DNA of 63,400 nt, filler included, from Bipalium vagum (Eukaryota), in NCBI GenBank assembly GCA_037834085.1. It is 3 parts of 3 records of this genome, joined end to end, with 100 filler letters (N's around TTAATTAATTAA, not from the genome) between each part and the next. Parts side by side here need not be neighbours in the genome. Positions count along the whole stretch, not along the records: positions 1 to 21,960 come from JBBMKC010226769.1; 2 more parts are not named here. One strand, 5' to 3'. A model generated the notes under the pieces. The model ran no database searches. It saw nothing but the letters and a program-made list of their open reading frames with translations, and was not told the DNA's origin. Below are positions 1 through 14,416 of the stretch, piece after piece. The translations under genes were made by a program, and so were the position numbers. The stretch's first letter is position 1. Each line of letters starts with the position of its first letter.

Positions 1-193
1 TTGTGATCCCAGACTTGTACATTATCTCTTTGAATTTCAGTGTATTGTATTTTCTTTTGGTGTGGTATAAATACAAGTGTTGCTTTACTGATTGTTTTGA
101 TTTGCACGACCTAAGATTTTGGAGTCAGGTTTAAACTTGATACCCTAAATATTGAACACCTTTATTTAAACACATATATTACAAAATTTTATA

Positions 194-1277
194 TTATAAA
201 TATGATGTCATTAAAATGACCGCCTCTGACAGTTTTAAAAGTTTTGGGTATTTTATGGAATTTTGCATAACTTCATCGCATAAGTCAATTGAAGTCATAG
301 CGATTTGTTCCGAAATTTTGTCTTTGAGTTGTGTAATAAGTTTTGTTTGATTAATATAAACTTTATCTTTTAGATATCCAAATAAGAAATAGTCTGGAGT
401 CGTCAAATCGGGAGATCTAGAAGGCCAAGCAACATCACCGTAACGTGAGATCACGTCAGATGGAAAAGTTTCGTGTAATAATGCAATTGTTTTCCTATTT
501 GTATGGGATGTGGCACCATCTTGCTGAAAGTAAATATTCTCCACATTAAAATCATTCAGATAAGGCTTAAGGAATGTTTTTATCATGTGTCGATATCTCT
601 CTCCCGTTACTGTAACTGTTTTACCTGCAGCATTTTCGAAAAAGTATGGATCAATTACACCTCTTGCCCATATTCCACACCATACAGTGACTTTTGGCGA
701 ATGTAATGCTTCTTCCTTCAAAACGTAGGGTTGCTTTGTTGTCCAAATTCGACAATTTTGTTTATTAAAAAAACTTTCACTCAAGTGAAAATGACTTTCA
801 TCAGTCATAATGATTTTTTTTCTAAAAAAGAGGATCCGCAATTGATCTTTCTAACAACCAATTACAATAATTCAGGCGACTTTGATGGTGTGATTCTTTA
901 AGCTTCTGAACTACGGTAAGCTTATAGGCTTTCATATGTAAATCTTTATGCATTATTCGCGACAAACTGGATTTTGAGAGATTTAATTTCTGTGCTCTAT
1001 GACTGATTTAGGTGCATTTATTGTCTTCAATGCCTTCTCGTGTACTTGGAATATTTTCAAGTATACGCGCAGATCGAGGTCTTTCAGATTTTGGTCTATC
1101 TGCTACTGAGCCAAATGCTTCAAAAGTATTAACCAGACTGTAAATTGTTGGTTTTGATGGACATCTTTTCCCTCAAATTATGCATTTAATTTTTCAACGG
1201 TTACTGAAATTGAACTCCCGCTTTGATAAAAATAATTTGATAATTTCTGCCCGTTATTGTATATTATAACGACCCAT
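194..1277 (-). mobile_element. Degenerate Tc1/mariner transposase, DD41D (rosa/Visitor) family
   Basis: ORF 194..841 has TDESHF, KVTVWCG, FQQDGATSH and WPSRSPDLTTPDYFLFGYLKDKVY; 41 residues counted between 2nd and 3rd catalytic D. Frameshifted N-terminus begins at ATG 1277 (MGRYNIQ*RAEIIK). No clear TIRs. Confidence 0.9.
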
Positions 1278-2099
1278 CTTTAATTTTAAAATTTTTAGCT
1301 AGAATAATGTTAAATATTAATTTATTTAAACAAAAACTACTTAGTATTTAATATGTTAAAAGGAGTAAAGCTTCTTTTGGAAGACCCTGTAATAGCCGCC
1401 CGAAACCAACAAAAATTTTTTTTATTTGGAACGAATTTTTTACAATATTGTAATAGAATTTCTTTTTGATTCAATGTAAGTTGCCCGTCTTCGAGCAAAA
1501 TGTTTCGCTTGTTTGACTGTCCGGGACCACAGATTTTCAAAAATAGTAAGCTATTTCATTGTTTTAGAGGTCACATCACCGAGATTCCATCAATGTTCTG
1601 GAATCCAAAACTTGGTACTCCAAAAAGTGTCAGCTGCTTGAAAGAAATAAGTATCTTCTTTTATCAAAGTAAATTATAACGGTATATGAGATATGAATAT
1701 AATATGACAGTGTGATGAGGAATAGGTTCTGGAGTAAGTAAAGTAGATGAAGCCCCTGCACCACTTCCAAACCTGAATTTCATTCTCGAAAAGTATCTCT
1801 GTTTATATGATAATCATAAGGAAATCATTCATTGTAAATTTTTGTCAAAACTTCAATTCCGAAAAATATTGTTTTCAGGCAGCAGATCTTAAGATAAAAT
1901 ATTAATGTCAAATGATTGAGCATGTGAAAGGGAATTAATATTGTTAAAATGTCCAAACTATCTATTATGGCTCTCTGACTCCAATGATTTTCTTTTAGTT
2001 CGCTCGCTATCCGGCAAAAAAAGAAACAGATATTGACAGAATTTATTCAATAGAAACTTAAAACAAAGGTATGAAATCACAAATAATCATTTGAAGAGT

Positions 2100-2525
2100 C
2101 AACAACTTTTGATTTGGCCAAATCTTTTTTCTAGTTTGTTCAATTTACCTTGAATCTTTACTTCTATCTTTACTTCAATTTACAATTTCACCACAATCTC
2201 ACTACAATTTCGATTCCTAATTTATTTGACACTAATTCTCCTCTTGCCTCATTCTCGACTAAACTTCGACGGCCTATGAAAACTCTGATACTCCATTATA
2301 TAGAAATTTGAGTCTTTTCGCCTGCCATTGACTACTGGCCTCTTCTATTAGGTAATGGATAACCCAGGAGCTTTTAATTATTCAGTTCAGACCGAATGTA
2401 TTCACCTGATCTGAATAAGCAGTTAATCTTTAAGTTGATTTTCTTAATTCTCTTTCTTTTAGTTTTTTTTCTTGGTGGATCATTAAGGACTTCAAATACT
2501 CAGCTCAGTCTGAACGTATTCTTCT
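2100..2525 (-). repeat. LTR-like remnant, related to 54.0-54.55 kb
   Basis: Minus-strand TATATAA near 2296-2302; shares the AACCC(A)GGAGC-AATTATTCA...TGAATAA hairpin motif with two copies at 54333 and 54480. Boundaries approximate. Confidence 0.4.
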
Positions 2526-2657
2526 TAATTAATTAATTATTCTTCTTGTCTAAATGATTAAATTAAAAAATTAGATTAATTTTTTAATTTAATTTTTTTT
2601 AAAATAGGAAAAGGTTAATTAAAAGTTTTAGGAATATTAGGTTATTATTATGTTATC

Positions 2658-2659
<2 letters not shown>

Positions 2660-2693
<34 letters not shown>
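2660..2693. repeat. (ATT)n microsatellite
   Basis: Direct reading. Confidence 0.9.
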
Positions 2694-2694
<1 letters not shown>

Positions 2695-3269
2695 AAAAAT
2701 AAAATCACTTACTTTAAACAAAAAATCGATTTTTAAATAAATATCTGTTAAAAGGGAAACCAGATTGACCATTATAAGTCAAAATTACTCTGCAATCCTT
2801 GGATGAAACTGTCATAAACGTAGTAGAACTTGCCTTGAAAGTTATATGATTTTACTTTATAAGTTAAGCAATCTAAAATTTGCACTTTGAATTTGATAGT
2901 TTTTTGTAAACATCACTTGTCTGGCTACAAGCCAATTACACATGCCTGTTGTTGTCGCTGCTGCTACCACTACACAGAAACAACAATAATACAGCTCGAA
3001 AAAATGATCAGTTAGATTAAAAAATCATCCCAAATTGACAAGGAAAAATTTCCACTTAATGCCAGTGTGTTTTCAACCACTCTTGTGATCATGGAAATTG
3101 TTCAGCTAATGTAACAGTGATGACATTTTGCTCAACTTTCTATGCTGTGTCGATCTGGTCTGAAAAAAACAATCGATAGAGAGATCTCACCAAAGTCTAA
3201 AAAACAGCAAAATGGAAGCCGCAGAAAATAAGCAGTGAGAGAAGGAGACAAAGCCCATGTATACCATTT

Positions 3270-4230
3270 TCGGGCACCTAAGGTCCCTCTATCGTGATTT
3301 AAAAGGTTAAAATACGGTAAAATTTATGGTTATGTTAAAAATAATATTTTTAGGCTATAAAGTTAAAATACGGTTAAAATTTTTAATAACAAAGTTAATA
3401 ACTGCGTAATGCGCCTTCGTGGGCACTTTCCTGCGATTGGCGATGTTATTTCTTGTGTCAAAATGGTAACTGTTAAGAATAAAGGTCACTGTTTGCAGTT
3501 TGCTGCTATAGGTCAGCCGCCACAGCCAGTATTGACACGTTGGGGTACATGGCTAAACGCAGGTATCTGGTATGCTCAATATTTGCCTACTGTTTGGCAT
3601 ATTGTGGAAAGTTTTGAAGGCAATGGAGTACTTATTTCTCGTGCAAACCAATCTGTATCAAACAGCAGTTTGGCTGGAGAACTTATTCAGCTAACAAAAT
3701 ATCAGAGTTTAAGCAAACTAATAATAAAAGCTGAGAGTACTCAATTTACAATTCGTGAAGCTGCAGAAAATCTAGCCAAACTTTTTTTCCAGGATGATCC
3801 ATGTAATATAAGAGCATACATTGAAAAGCGCTTATCAAATAACGATCTTAGTGCAATTATCAACAGCAATAGAGAGGACGTACCACCTGCAACTTTTGCT
3901 CTGCTTCAATCATGTCAGCCAACATCATGCTCTATGGAGAGAAGCTTTTCTATTATTAAACATATCGTTCGCAAAGATCGGAATTTTGATCCCATAATGT
4001 ACGCCATTATGCGATTGCCGCGTATAACGGACTATTTTAATACAATAAACTACTTTTATTGTGTACTTTAAGGTTAAAAATTTAAATAAATAATAAAGTT
4101 TAAAAAAATTCTTTAAGTTAAAAAATATTTTGCCTTAAAAGGCATTAAGGTACGCTAAAAGTTAAAATACGGTTAAAAATTTTAATAATACAGTTAAAAA
4201 AATTTTGTTAGGTTAAAAAAATTGCCCTAG
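3270..4230 (+). mobile_element. Internally deleted hAT-superfamily element; C-terminal transposase fragment at 3409..4071
   Basis: PPQPVLTRWGTWL (TRW motif) and PTSCSMERSFS (catalytic E/dimerisation region); subterminal GTTAAAATACGGT repeats at both ends; right end ...TTGCCCTA. Confidence 0.75.
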
Positions 4231-5857
4231 TTATTAGAGTATAGTTTTCTGTGAAATATAAATTTTGATGATAAGTTTTTCTCATTTAGAATTCAAATTT
4301 TCACTAGAAAGTAAATTGAATAAGTCTTTTTCATCAGAATTTCTTTTATATTCAGAAATAATAAATTACCAGAATATTTAAACAATAACAGTCAAACATG
4401 TTGACTATTTAAATGTTGTTCCTTATTTTTCACAGAAAGTTTTTACAAAATTTATAAAGTTATTATTTATTATCAGCAAAATATTACAATGAAATGCTGT
4501 TTAGGCTAAATTTATGACAGAATTCTACATAACTGTTTGGATATCTGTATTTTGTAAAGGTTTTTTGTTTTAATTATGCAAGAATCACAAACAAAATAAA
4601 AGGCCGGAAAATAGTTCAACAGGGCTGCCTGCCATAATGAATACTTTTCTTTCATTAAAAATTCAGTAATGTTTATGAATTTATGAAACTGTTGGCTACA
4701 TTAATAGTGTCCAACGATTATGTAATTTTTCGACCAAATCTAATGCTAAATCTTGCGGTTTTTGTTAAGAAAATTTTTTTTTATAAATATGAAAATTTTT
4801 TAGACCTATAATTATCAAAAATACAAAACTCGAACCTTTTTAATTTAATATTAATGTAGAATATATTTATGTTAAATATTATTTTTTTATTAAAATGATA
4901 AATATTTTCTCAGTCAATAAATTTTTTTCAGATTTCGTTTATTTCCCCATTATTTATAAAACAATTAAAAATGAAGATTGCATTTGATAAAGAGAAAAGT
5001 GTTACCAATTTCAATATACGTATAACAGATTATTAATTGTTGTAAACAGTTAAATCTCATTGGTTAAAATATTTTCGAAAATCAACATTCATAATTAGCT
5101 GATTTATTTAAGCATTTTTCAGGGGTTCAGAAAATGCTGGTTTTCGTTGAAAAAATTTCAGCTATTCATTAATGGAATGAAATTCATTTTGTAAAAAAAT
5201 CAATAAGCATAAGGAAAATCGAACATGAATTGTTTACATAATAACAAAAGTTGTTAGTCAAAATCAGTAAAATAAACTATTAATTTTTCATAAAGTATTT
5301 AAATCGCCTGTGAAAGCTATTAATTGATAGTGTCACGAATGAACCTCCATTATATGACGTGGACAGAATTTCCAAATTTATAAATCCTAAATCTAAAAGC
5401 GAATTTATTATGACAAATGTTACCATGGCGTATGTGTGTGTGTCTTCATGAACGTTGTCGGGTTCCATTTCCTGCAAAATTCGGACATGTTTCTTATTAT
5501 TGTTGCAACAATACATACACTGATTAACACACTCCAATATATAAAATTTATCAATCATCTTTATGTTAATATATATCGTCAACTGTGTCAGTATGTATTT
5601 GTAATGTGATTATGTCTGTATGTATCGGTGTGTATGTGTGCGTGTATTAATGAGTATGTTCTCGTGTACATGTTTCAATGTCAGTATTAATTTTTGCTAC
5701 CCATTTAATTGAATGCTGTAAACACATGGACATTCTCCAATTCTGGGAGAAATATTAGCATTTCTCTTTTCATTCATTAATAAAACAATCGGATATTTAG
5801 ATAATCCCAATCTTGATTTTTTACAGCACAGTGAGCAATATTTGTTATTTTTGCAAG

Positions 5858-6413
5858 ATGCAGGATGTCTGTAATTGGCGTCAATGGTCAATGAACAATG
5901 AAGAAACCGATTCATTAATTGAATCAAAAAAAGATAAGCCAATAGAGCTAAGATCATTTTCATTTAGCCGACTTCAGAATCCAACGACAATTTCCAGCAC
6001 AAATTTGCTCTTAACTCCTTCGGAAGATTTATCGTCTGGAAATATTTCCAATATAATTAATCATGAAAAACTGCCAGATCAAAATTCAACTTTTCGAACC
6101 CGAAACGATACTTGTTCTTTAGTAATCCCTTCATCATCCTTTTCCATACCAAATAACGAATTGAAAATCACAACGTCCTGTACGGGAAATTATGAAGCCT
6201 CGACAGCTGGACGACGTTATAGTGATATCATATTTGTAAGCCGTGACAAAAATCAAATCAATTCATTTTCGAACAATTATTTGGAAAGTAATATGAGAAA
6301 TATTCAAAAGCGAGTTTCACATCATCTTTCTCATAACATTATTAGTCAGAGTCGGAATATGGGAATTGATGAAATTGGACTGGATTACATGAGAGCAAAT
6401 GGAGCTATACCGG
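5858..6413 (+). CDS. Probable first coding exon of an unidentified host gene (Ser/Asn-rich, ends ...GLDYMRANGAIP)
   Basis: Acceptor ttttttacag at 5826, ATG at 5858, 185 open codons with no transposon motifs, phase-1 donor G|gtaaaa at 6413/6414. Downstream exons not located. Confidence 0.6.
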
Positions 6414-7190
6414 GTAAAACATGAAAATTGTTGCTTTTTTTTTCAATAATATTAAAATAAGTTTAATACATATTTTGAATTTAATTCCAAGTTTAAAACT
6501 TTTCGATCTTTTTTTTAATTAGGATTAGAATTTTCAATTTTATTCGCTAATAAAATGATGTGAAATTAAAATTATTCATTAAAACTTCAGTTTTGATAAA
6601 TTTAAATAAAAAATTAAACATTGTTTTAATGATCTAATATAGAAATAAAAGATTTGTGGAAATAATTCAAAATTAATATTATCTCAAAAAATAAACGAAT
6701 ATTTAACGATAACTTAAATCAGACTACCTAGAATAACAAACGGACTGTAAAAAATTCATAAAACAAAATTTACTAATTGATGAAATAAATGTAAATGATT
6801 TAAAGTTTTTTCTCATTTTATAATATTTTAGATGTTTAACGTTTTTAAAAAATAAATTGAAAGTATACCTTATGAGATCAGAAATTCGATTTTATTGGTT
6901 ACCACTTCTAAATATGATACAAATATTTATAATTCCGAAGTCTGATTAAAATAATTACTTTTCTTATAGACATTGAAACAGATTTTGTGTGATCAGACGT
7001 TAACTATTTTGATGAATTATAGATTTTTTGTAATTTTAATGACAAAAATTTTATTTAATAAAGATTAGTTTGGATTTTTGATTACTTTTCTGAAAAATAG
7101 ATAAATGTAATTTATTTTAAAGATTTGAAAGTCTTCTTGGATAAAATAACTACTGTTCTTGATCATATCAAAATATAATAAAACAGTAAA

Positions 7191-7194
<4 letters not shown>

Positions 7195-7221
<27 letters not shown>

Positions 7222-7272
7222 TATTTATTTTTTATTTTTTAAAATTTTTTTATTATTACTATTATTATTATT
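7195..7272. repeat. (ATT)n microsatellite / low-complexity tract
   Basis: Direct reading. Confidence 0.8.
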
Positions 7273-9440
7273 TAATAACTATTTTAAAAAATATATAATT
7301 AGAATAAAATATTTACTTTCATCTTTTTACAGTTAATATAAAAGTTTAATATAAATAAATAAATTTAATTATTAATTTGTTAATAATCTTTATTATTTTT
7401 TTTATTTATTTTTTTATTTATTATTTATTAATTTTATATTATTTAATTTATTTCAAGAGATTTAGATAATTATATAAAAGTTAAAAAAGTTTATTTGATT
7501 ATATCTGTCAAAGGTTCTTTATGAAAAAAAATATCAAGTACTTTCTTTCAAATATAATTTTTTATATAAATTATTGATTTTATTTATAAAATCTAGGTAT
7601 AAGATGAAAATAATATACCATTTTTAAAGTGATAAACCGAGCGGACATTATCCGATTGTTGGATCGAATTTTTTAAAATAATATTTGTTAATAGAATAAT
7701 TTATTAATTTAGAAAATAATTCTGTCTGATATGACACAATAAGTTTTTTGTGCTACTATTTTTACTATTTATCATAAAATAAACTAAGATCATATTGACA
7801 AAATTCAGTAGTTTGGAGCCTCTGGATAATGAATTAATTTCTAAACTAAAGGTTGAGTTTACAAATATCAAAAAGTATTTAATCCCTATATTTAATTTCT
7901 TGTTTGAAGTTTTTATATTTAAGGGAATATGAAGTTTTTAATTGGTGTACACTTATTTTCGGAAACATATTTCACGTTTCACACATTTCTGAACTTTTCA
8001 TATTTCAGAGTTGATATATGATTCTTAGACAATAAATCAACTGACCTACTTAATTAAAAGTTTTATTTAATCTAAATAATAGATTTGAAACATCAAACAA
8101 AAGATAATTGATAAAGGGAATTTATTAAACTTTGAGTTTGATCTGACATAAAAGACCTTGTCATTGTATGGTTGATCGGTAAAACAGTAAAAGCCAATAG
8201 TAAAATATTACAACTTGAAATTAAGGTCTACGGAAGATTGTTAAAATAAAATGCATATTAATTTGGTGACTTAGTTTCACTCCGATAATGTGACATGGGG
8301 GTTTACTAAATACATATATGGTAGATTTTAAATTGATATTAAAAAACCTACAAGTTATTGATTAATAACCAAAATTGAAACTTCGATTTTTACATATTTT
8401 GGCTCAAAATTGGTCAGCTTTAATAATTATCCTATTTAATATGCCTTATGTTGTCAGACAAGGATTTTATAACCATATTTGAAATTTCTAATTGGTGAAA
8501 ACAGCTGTCTATAATTCGTAATTAGTAAAGTTATTTTTCAAAAATTAATAATTTATTTGCAAATAATAATTTCTTTTTATTATTGGATTTTCGTTCTTAT
8601 ATTGACTAAAATCAATACTGTTACAAACATTTTTACTAAAAGTGATTTTTTAAAATGTATTAATACCTATTTTTTTTCATTTAATCTCATTACTAATCAA
8701 TTTATTTTTATATAAGTAAAATATAAATAAATATATAATTAAAATGTATTAATAAAACAGAAATTATTTTGTTAGTTTTAATTGACCTTCAGCTTTTGTT
8801 AAGTAAATACTTAGTAACGTTTTGACGATCTTTGTCGAGATCTTGCATATACACAAATTAATTTTTTAAATTTGTTACATGGAAATAAATTATTTACGTA
8901 ATTTATTTTTGTTTTTGTTTTTAACAGCCAAATATATAAAATCTTTTTAAAAAGAATTCACTCTTATTTTATTTGCCATTCCTTTTATTTATCTTTTTCA
9001 CAATATCCTGGTAACTGTTGAAAACAACTGATTCCACTGTTGTCTTTCATTTAATACAAATTATTTTTCTCTCTTGGGAGTTTCTGTAGTACAATTTTAT
9101 ATTTAACAGTTTGAACGTATTTCTTCCAGATACGATCAGTTAAAATTAATATGTTAAACTCTCTGTAATTTTCGACCTAATTTTTCTGATAACAATTTTC
9201 AATAAATTATGACAATTCTGACTCTCGATTTGAGGTTTTTAAATAATTTCCTTCAACTGCAAAATGATTTTCTGTTTATTGAGCGTAAAATTGTTAAGTG
9301 AAGTATGGCAAGCGTGGCAGTCATGAAACAATTTATTAAGAAATCTTGGTTGAATGTATGATGGGGTTTGTACGTAATTGATTTAAATTTTCAGGTATAT
9401 TTAATATAATCTTATAAATTTACAAGGGTTTAAGATTTAA

Positions 9441-9681
9441 CCCTTTCGCTGCTCCACACGTATATATTCGCAAAAAAAACTTGTGTATCATACGCTCCCG
9501 ACGAATATTTTCGCGCTTAGTTTTAAATTAGTTAGCTGCTCAATACGACTATTTTTACTATGTATTATTCATGTTTTCTGCTCTATACGATTATTTTTGC
9601 TGTTTAACCCTTTCGCTGCTCCACACAGCGAAATGCGCACAGCAGGCACAAAATCTCAAAACGAATTGCGCAGCGAAAAGG
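9441..9681. mobile_element. piggyBac-type MITE
   Basis: TTAA|CCCTTTCGCTGC (9441) ... GCAGCGAAAAGG|TTAA (9681), 11/12 TIR match, TTAA flanks; second left end at 9608. Confidence 0.75.
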
Positions 9682-12600
9682 TTAATGATATTAATGTTTT
9701 CAATTAGTTTATTTATATTGATAGACCAAATAATAATAATATTATTACGGAACAGAAATAGTGTCATAACCAATTTAGTCAACAATGATGTTCTTGTTAA
9801 TTACTATAATAGATCTGGTGGAAACATGTTCTGTTAAAGATATTAATTTGTTTTCCAATATTGTCAATCATTATGAACATTGAAGATTAAATTACTTTAC
9901 AAAGATCTAAGTCTTAAAATTACCCGATTATATTCGACTATAATAAATTATGGATATATCTATAAAATTCACCTTATAATGAAATGATATATGCGATGTT
10001 CTGAAAATTATATCGTAACTGAACTAAAAATGACAATGAAAAATAGTTATGTTTAGAGAAAGAGTTAAATGATCTGATTTACCAATTCCTAAATTCTTTT
10101 GGATATCTCTTATGCAAATATTGAACATTTTGTATGATAGCTTGGTGTTGGATCCTTATATGATTATTTCAATTGAAGAACTGAAACAAGATTGGTGTAT
10201 TTGGTGCATCTGAAATTTTAAAAATAATGCTGTTTTCCATAAGAAAATCGCCTTCAGGGTTCAATGTTTAAAATAATAGCGAAAATATCGTTTATTGAAA
10301 TGAAAATATTATATTCAAAAGAAGGATAAGTTTATGGAATAATGAAATTTTGAACTTTATTTCTTTCCAAATCAAGAAAAGAGTAGTTTCCAGTATGAAA
10401 GAAGATTCACGAATTTTTTTCAGATAAGATTATTGTAAGTTCTGACACCAACAAAACCTCGAATCATGTCATTCAGGTCATGAAACTGTTGATTTATTAT
10501 GTGCTGAGTTCTGTTGGGTTTTTCGGAAAGTTCGATTGTTTTTTTATTATAAAAATCAGACAAAACTTTTAAAGAAAAAATATTTTTATTAGCAAATAAA
10601 AGCACCATTCTGTATAATAAGTTGTTGATATATTTCAGGTAATGTCACAATTCAACTTTCGAAGAAATAGTTATCTTCGATCCTTATTTAAAAATATATG
10701 CTGGATCAAGGGTGTTTAGCAAGGATCGAAATAAAAGATAATCCAATTGTGTAATATCAGGACTATATTACGAATTTGATAAAAAAATCAAATAATTCTT
10801 TCTGGATGAGAATAGATATGAGCGGTCTTGCATTATCATGATGTAGGGCTATATCTATTTGATTTACCAACTCCAGATATTTCTTTTGCATAGTTTTATT
10901 CAAATTTGTTAAATTTTCACAATATATATTGGAATTAATTGTTACATACCTTGATTAAATTTTAAAATAAATTACTCATTTTTAATCCTATAATATGAAC
11001 AACATGACCTTTTTGTGGTAAATATCAGCTTTATATGTCGTTCGAAGGACATGCTTATACCAGGGTCTTTTGCGTTAGATATTGTTGTAGACGATCCACT
11101 TTTCACCATTAGTAATTAAGCGTTTCAAAAATGGTTACTTTTTTATGCTTTAAAAGAAAATCCTATGTACTGATGCGTTTCACTGATTGTGATTCGATCA
11201 GATTATGTGGTACCAAAACATCAAGTTTTTTCTGAATAACCAAATTTATTAAGCATTCAGAAATAGAATTTTGATGAATTAAATATACCAGGAAACTGAA
11301 GTACTATTATATGCCAACCGTCATCAATGAGGACATTTTAATCAATAATGTTTGTTGATCGACCACTGCTTGTTTCGTCTTGAAGGGAAAATTACTTCCT
11401 TGAAAATCTTTGACCCATTTCAGATATTTTCGTAGCTTTATTGTTTTATTGTAGTAAACATCACTTTAATTTTTGATGTACATTTGTTGATGTTTTCCCT
11501 TTATTGTAGTTAAATAATAAAAAATAAAGGATATATTCATTTTCATTATCCATTTTGAAATTCTGTCAAATATAAATATCTTTTAATCAATGAAAATAAA
11601 ATTTAAATCTGAGATGCCTAATATTAAAGCTTTTAAGCCATATATGAATTAAATATTTTTCTTTTGTTTAAGTGCAAGAAAACCAAACAAAACCGATTCA
11701 TGTAAACAAACGCATGAACTTTTCGCACGACTTAAAATAGTATTATCTTGAGAAATTCGAATTTTTCATTTTTAGAGGCTTCATGGTATTTAACTTTGTT
11801 AGATTTCTTTGGATCTATGTTAAACTAAATGATTTAAACCTTGTAATACTGAACATTTGAGTGTGAATACTGAGCAAAAATTAGTATTTTATAGATATCG
11901 AGAATTCGAAAATTTTGTTTACTCTACAAGAAAATAGATCATGTCATGAATGTCATTTGAATGATATTCTGTTCAACAAATAATGAGACCAACTATCTTT
12001 TAATTTAATAGGAAAGCTCATTAAAAGACTAACCTTTTGTTTAACTCATTGCCTTAACTTTAATTCTGCTGTTACTTGTGTAACTAAAATTAATGAATAT
12101 TTCTACTATTAAATATTCATAAAGCATTTATAGCTTCTATAAAATTCTTATTCAATATCATAGAACAAAGTAATAAAATTACTCCTGATAGTTTAAGGAT
12201 ATTTTCGATTAATATCTGATCCATTTCATTTTGACTATTTTAATGTTCTGTTTAATGGCTTTGTCTGGCATAAATCTAAATTAACATTACTATAAATTAA
12301 GAGCCAGTTGCCGTAAACTAGGTTCAAGAAACATTCCAAAGTACGCAGTATCCGGAGTTAGAGATTCAAAGGAGCCTCTAGGACAGTTAATAGTGATTTC
12401 TGACAATTATATCAATTCGTCATCTTTTCATGTCTCTTTCTATAAAAGCCCATCTACATAAAATTCTTTCAAACATTAATTTTAAAGTAGAAAAATTTGT
12501 TTATGGTTAAAAAATTTTGATCAACATGGTTCACTTTTTAAGGAATATTGATTTTTTTAAAACAAAAATCAGTGAGAAAAATAAAAATGTTTGAAAAAAT

Positions 12601-14416
12601 TGATTAATAGTTCATTATATCTATTTTTACGTCACTATCATTTGATGAAAACTTCCACCATCAAGGTAGGTAACATGTAATGATTCGATCTCATTTTTTT
12701 ATTAAGATTATTTATTCAACTCATTTATTCATTTTTTTGTAGATTTTTTCAGATTTTTTGCTCGATTAATGGTCGAGTTTTTATAACAATTTACTTCTTT
12801 TAATTATTGAATAGTAATAAGTCAAAATAGTTTTAGTTCTAAAAGGTTTTATATTTTATCAAAAGCATTGTCAAATGATCTTAAGTATATCTTAAAAATA
12901 TTTCTCTTCTTTACTTTAATTAGATAAAAGGAAAAAGAACAAAAATAGGAAATAGAAGTAAAAAATAAAAAAACTTATTGAAAACATTAAAATTTTTATG
13001 TTTTAAAGTGTTCTAAATATGTAAATATATTTCCGATTTTAATTTCATAAAATGCCTGACTCCCATGGTGTAGATGACATACGTATCACTCACTTGGGAA
13101 TCTCAAAATTCATTGGCATTTTAATGATGAGATTATTGTTATATATATGTTCAAGAATAATTCCGGGGTCCGCCTGTTTTGAAAATATCATCTTTAATGG
13201 TTAATGATATTAAATTAAAATTATTCTTTCTTCACGCCTAATGGATTTGATATTTAAATGCAATCTAATTATGTCCCAAGAAACAAAATTGCTCACTAGG
13301 TATCGAAATGGATGTTAATTTAAGCTTCTACATTTTTATAAGGTGCGCACATTTCAGTAAACTTAATTTATATTGTAATTCCTTTCTGGAGGCAATAAAT
13401 TGGTTATTAATAAAAGTCTATTTCATAATGAGAAAAATAATAATAATAATAATATATTCTTGTCAATGAGAATAAATATAAATAAAGTTTTGAACTATCG
13501 TGGTATGGAATTGAAAAATATTTACAAGAAATCTAAACCTTTTTTCATCAAGAATGATACCCATGGGTTGATAAAATTACAGTTAATTATATTAATAATT
13601 AATAATAGAATGCAAATAAAAATGTTTCTTATTTATTGTCAGTTTGATTATTGTCGGAATGACGCCGGGATGGATTATTTCATGTAATCAATTTTCCATA
13701 TTACATGTAAAGTGATTATCACACTTTGTCTGAATGTTTTAAAAGTGTAAGGGTTTCGTTATTCATCTTTCGTCAGCTGAATTGCAATCAGTAACAAAGT
13801 CATTTGATAGATACTTTAACATGTAGCATTTCTCACTAAACTCTTCGATAATTTCCTCAAAAGAGTCTTATGTTTGATGTTCTGTTTTATTAATCTTTAC
13901 CGAGTTTTTTGTGTTATATATAATTATATAAATATGCAAGTTTTATGTTGTTCTTTTTTTATTTTATACCACCAAGTTACTATGTATATGCAAGTTATAC
14001 CATATAATGTAATTTATAATTATTACTCTAATTATCATTGGATTTTCCAAAATCAATTCTTTGACTGAATTAAACTTCTCAATTTTTGAGTTTATATAAT
14101 TGAAGAAAGACAAGTTTTATCAAAGAATTTTTTTAGACAACGGAACATTTTCATATTAACAAAAATGTTAATATCGAAATTTATGAGAATAAGGAAAAGA
14201 CACTAGGGTGAAGAAATTATGAAAAAACATTGAACCAGTTTTTACCAAGTCTATATCTGCTATGCCACATAAGAAGAAAAATTTCATGACTTATTTGATT
14301 TTTAAATTGAATAAGCAGAATAAATTATTTTTTAAAATGTGACAATAGGTTAATTACAAATGAAAAAATTGAAGTTTGAAATTTTGAAGTGAAAAGGTAT
14401 TGTAGAATATATATTA

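Noticed and set aside
1337-1930. Short ORFs and an apparent 22-nt GT-AG intron at 1546-1567
   Set aside because: No consistent gene model or recognisable motif
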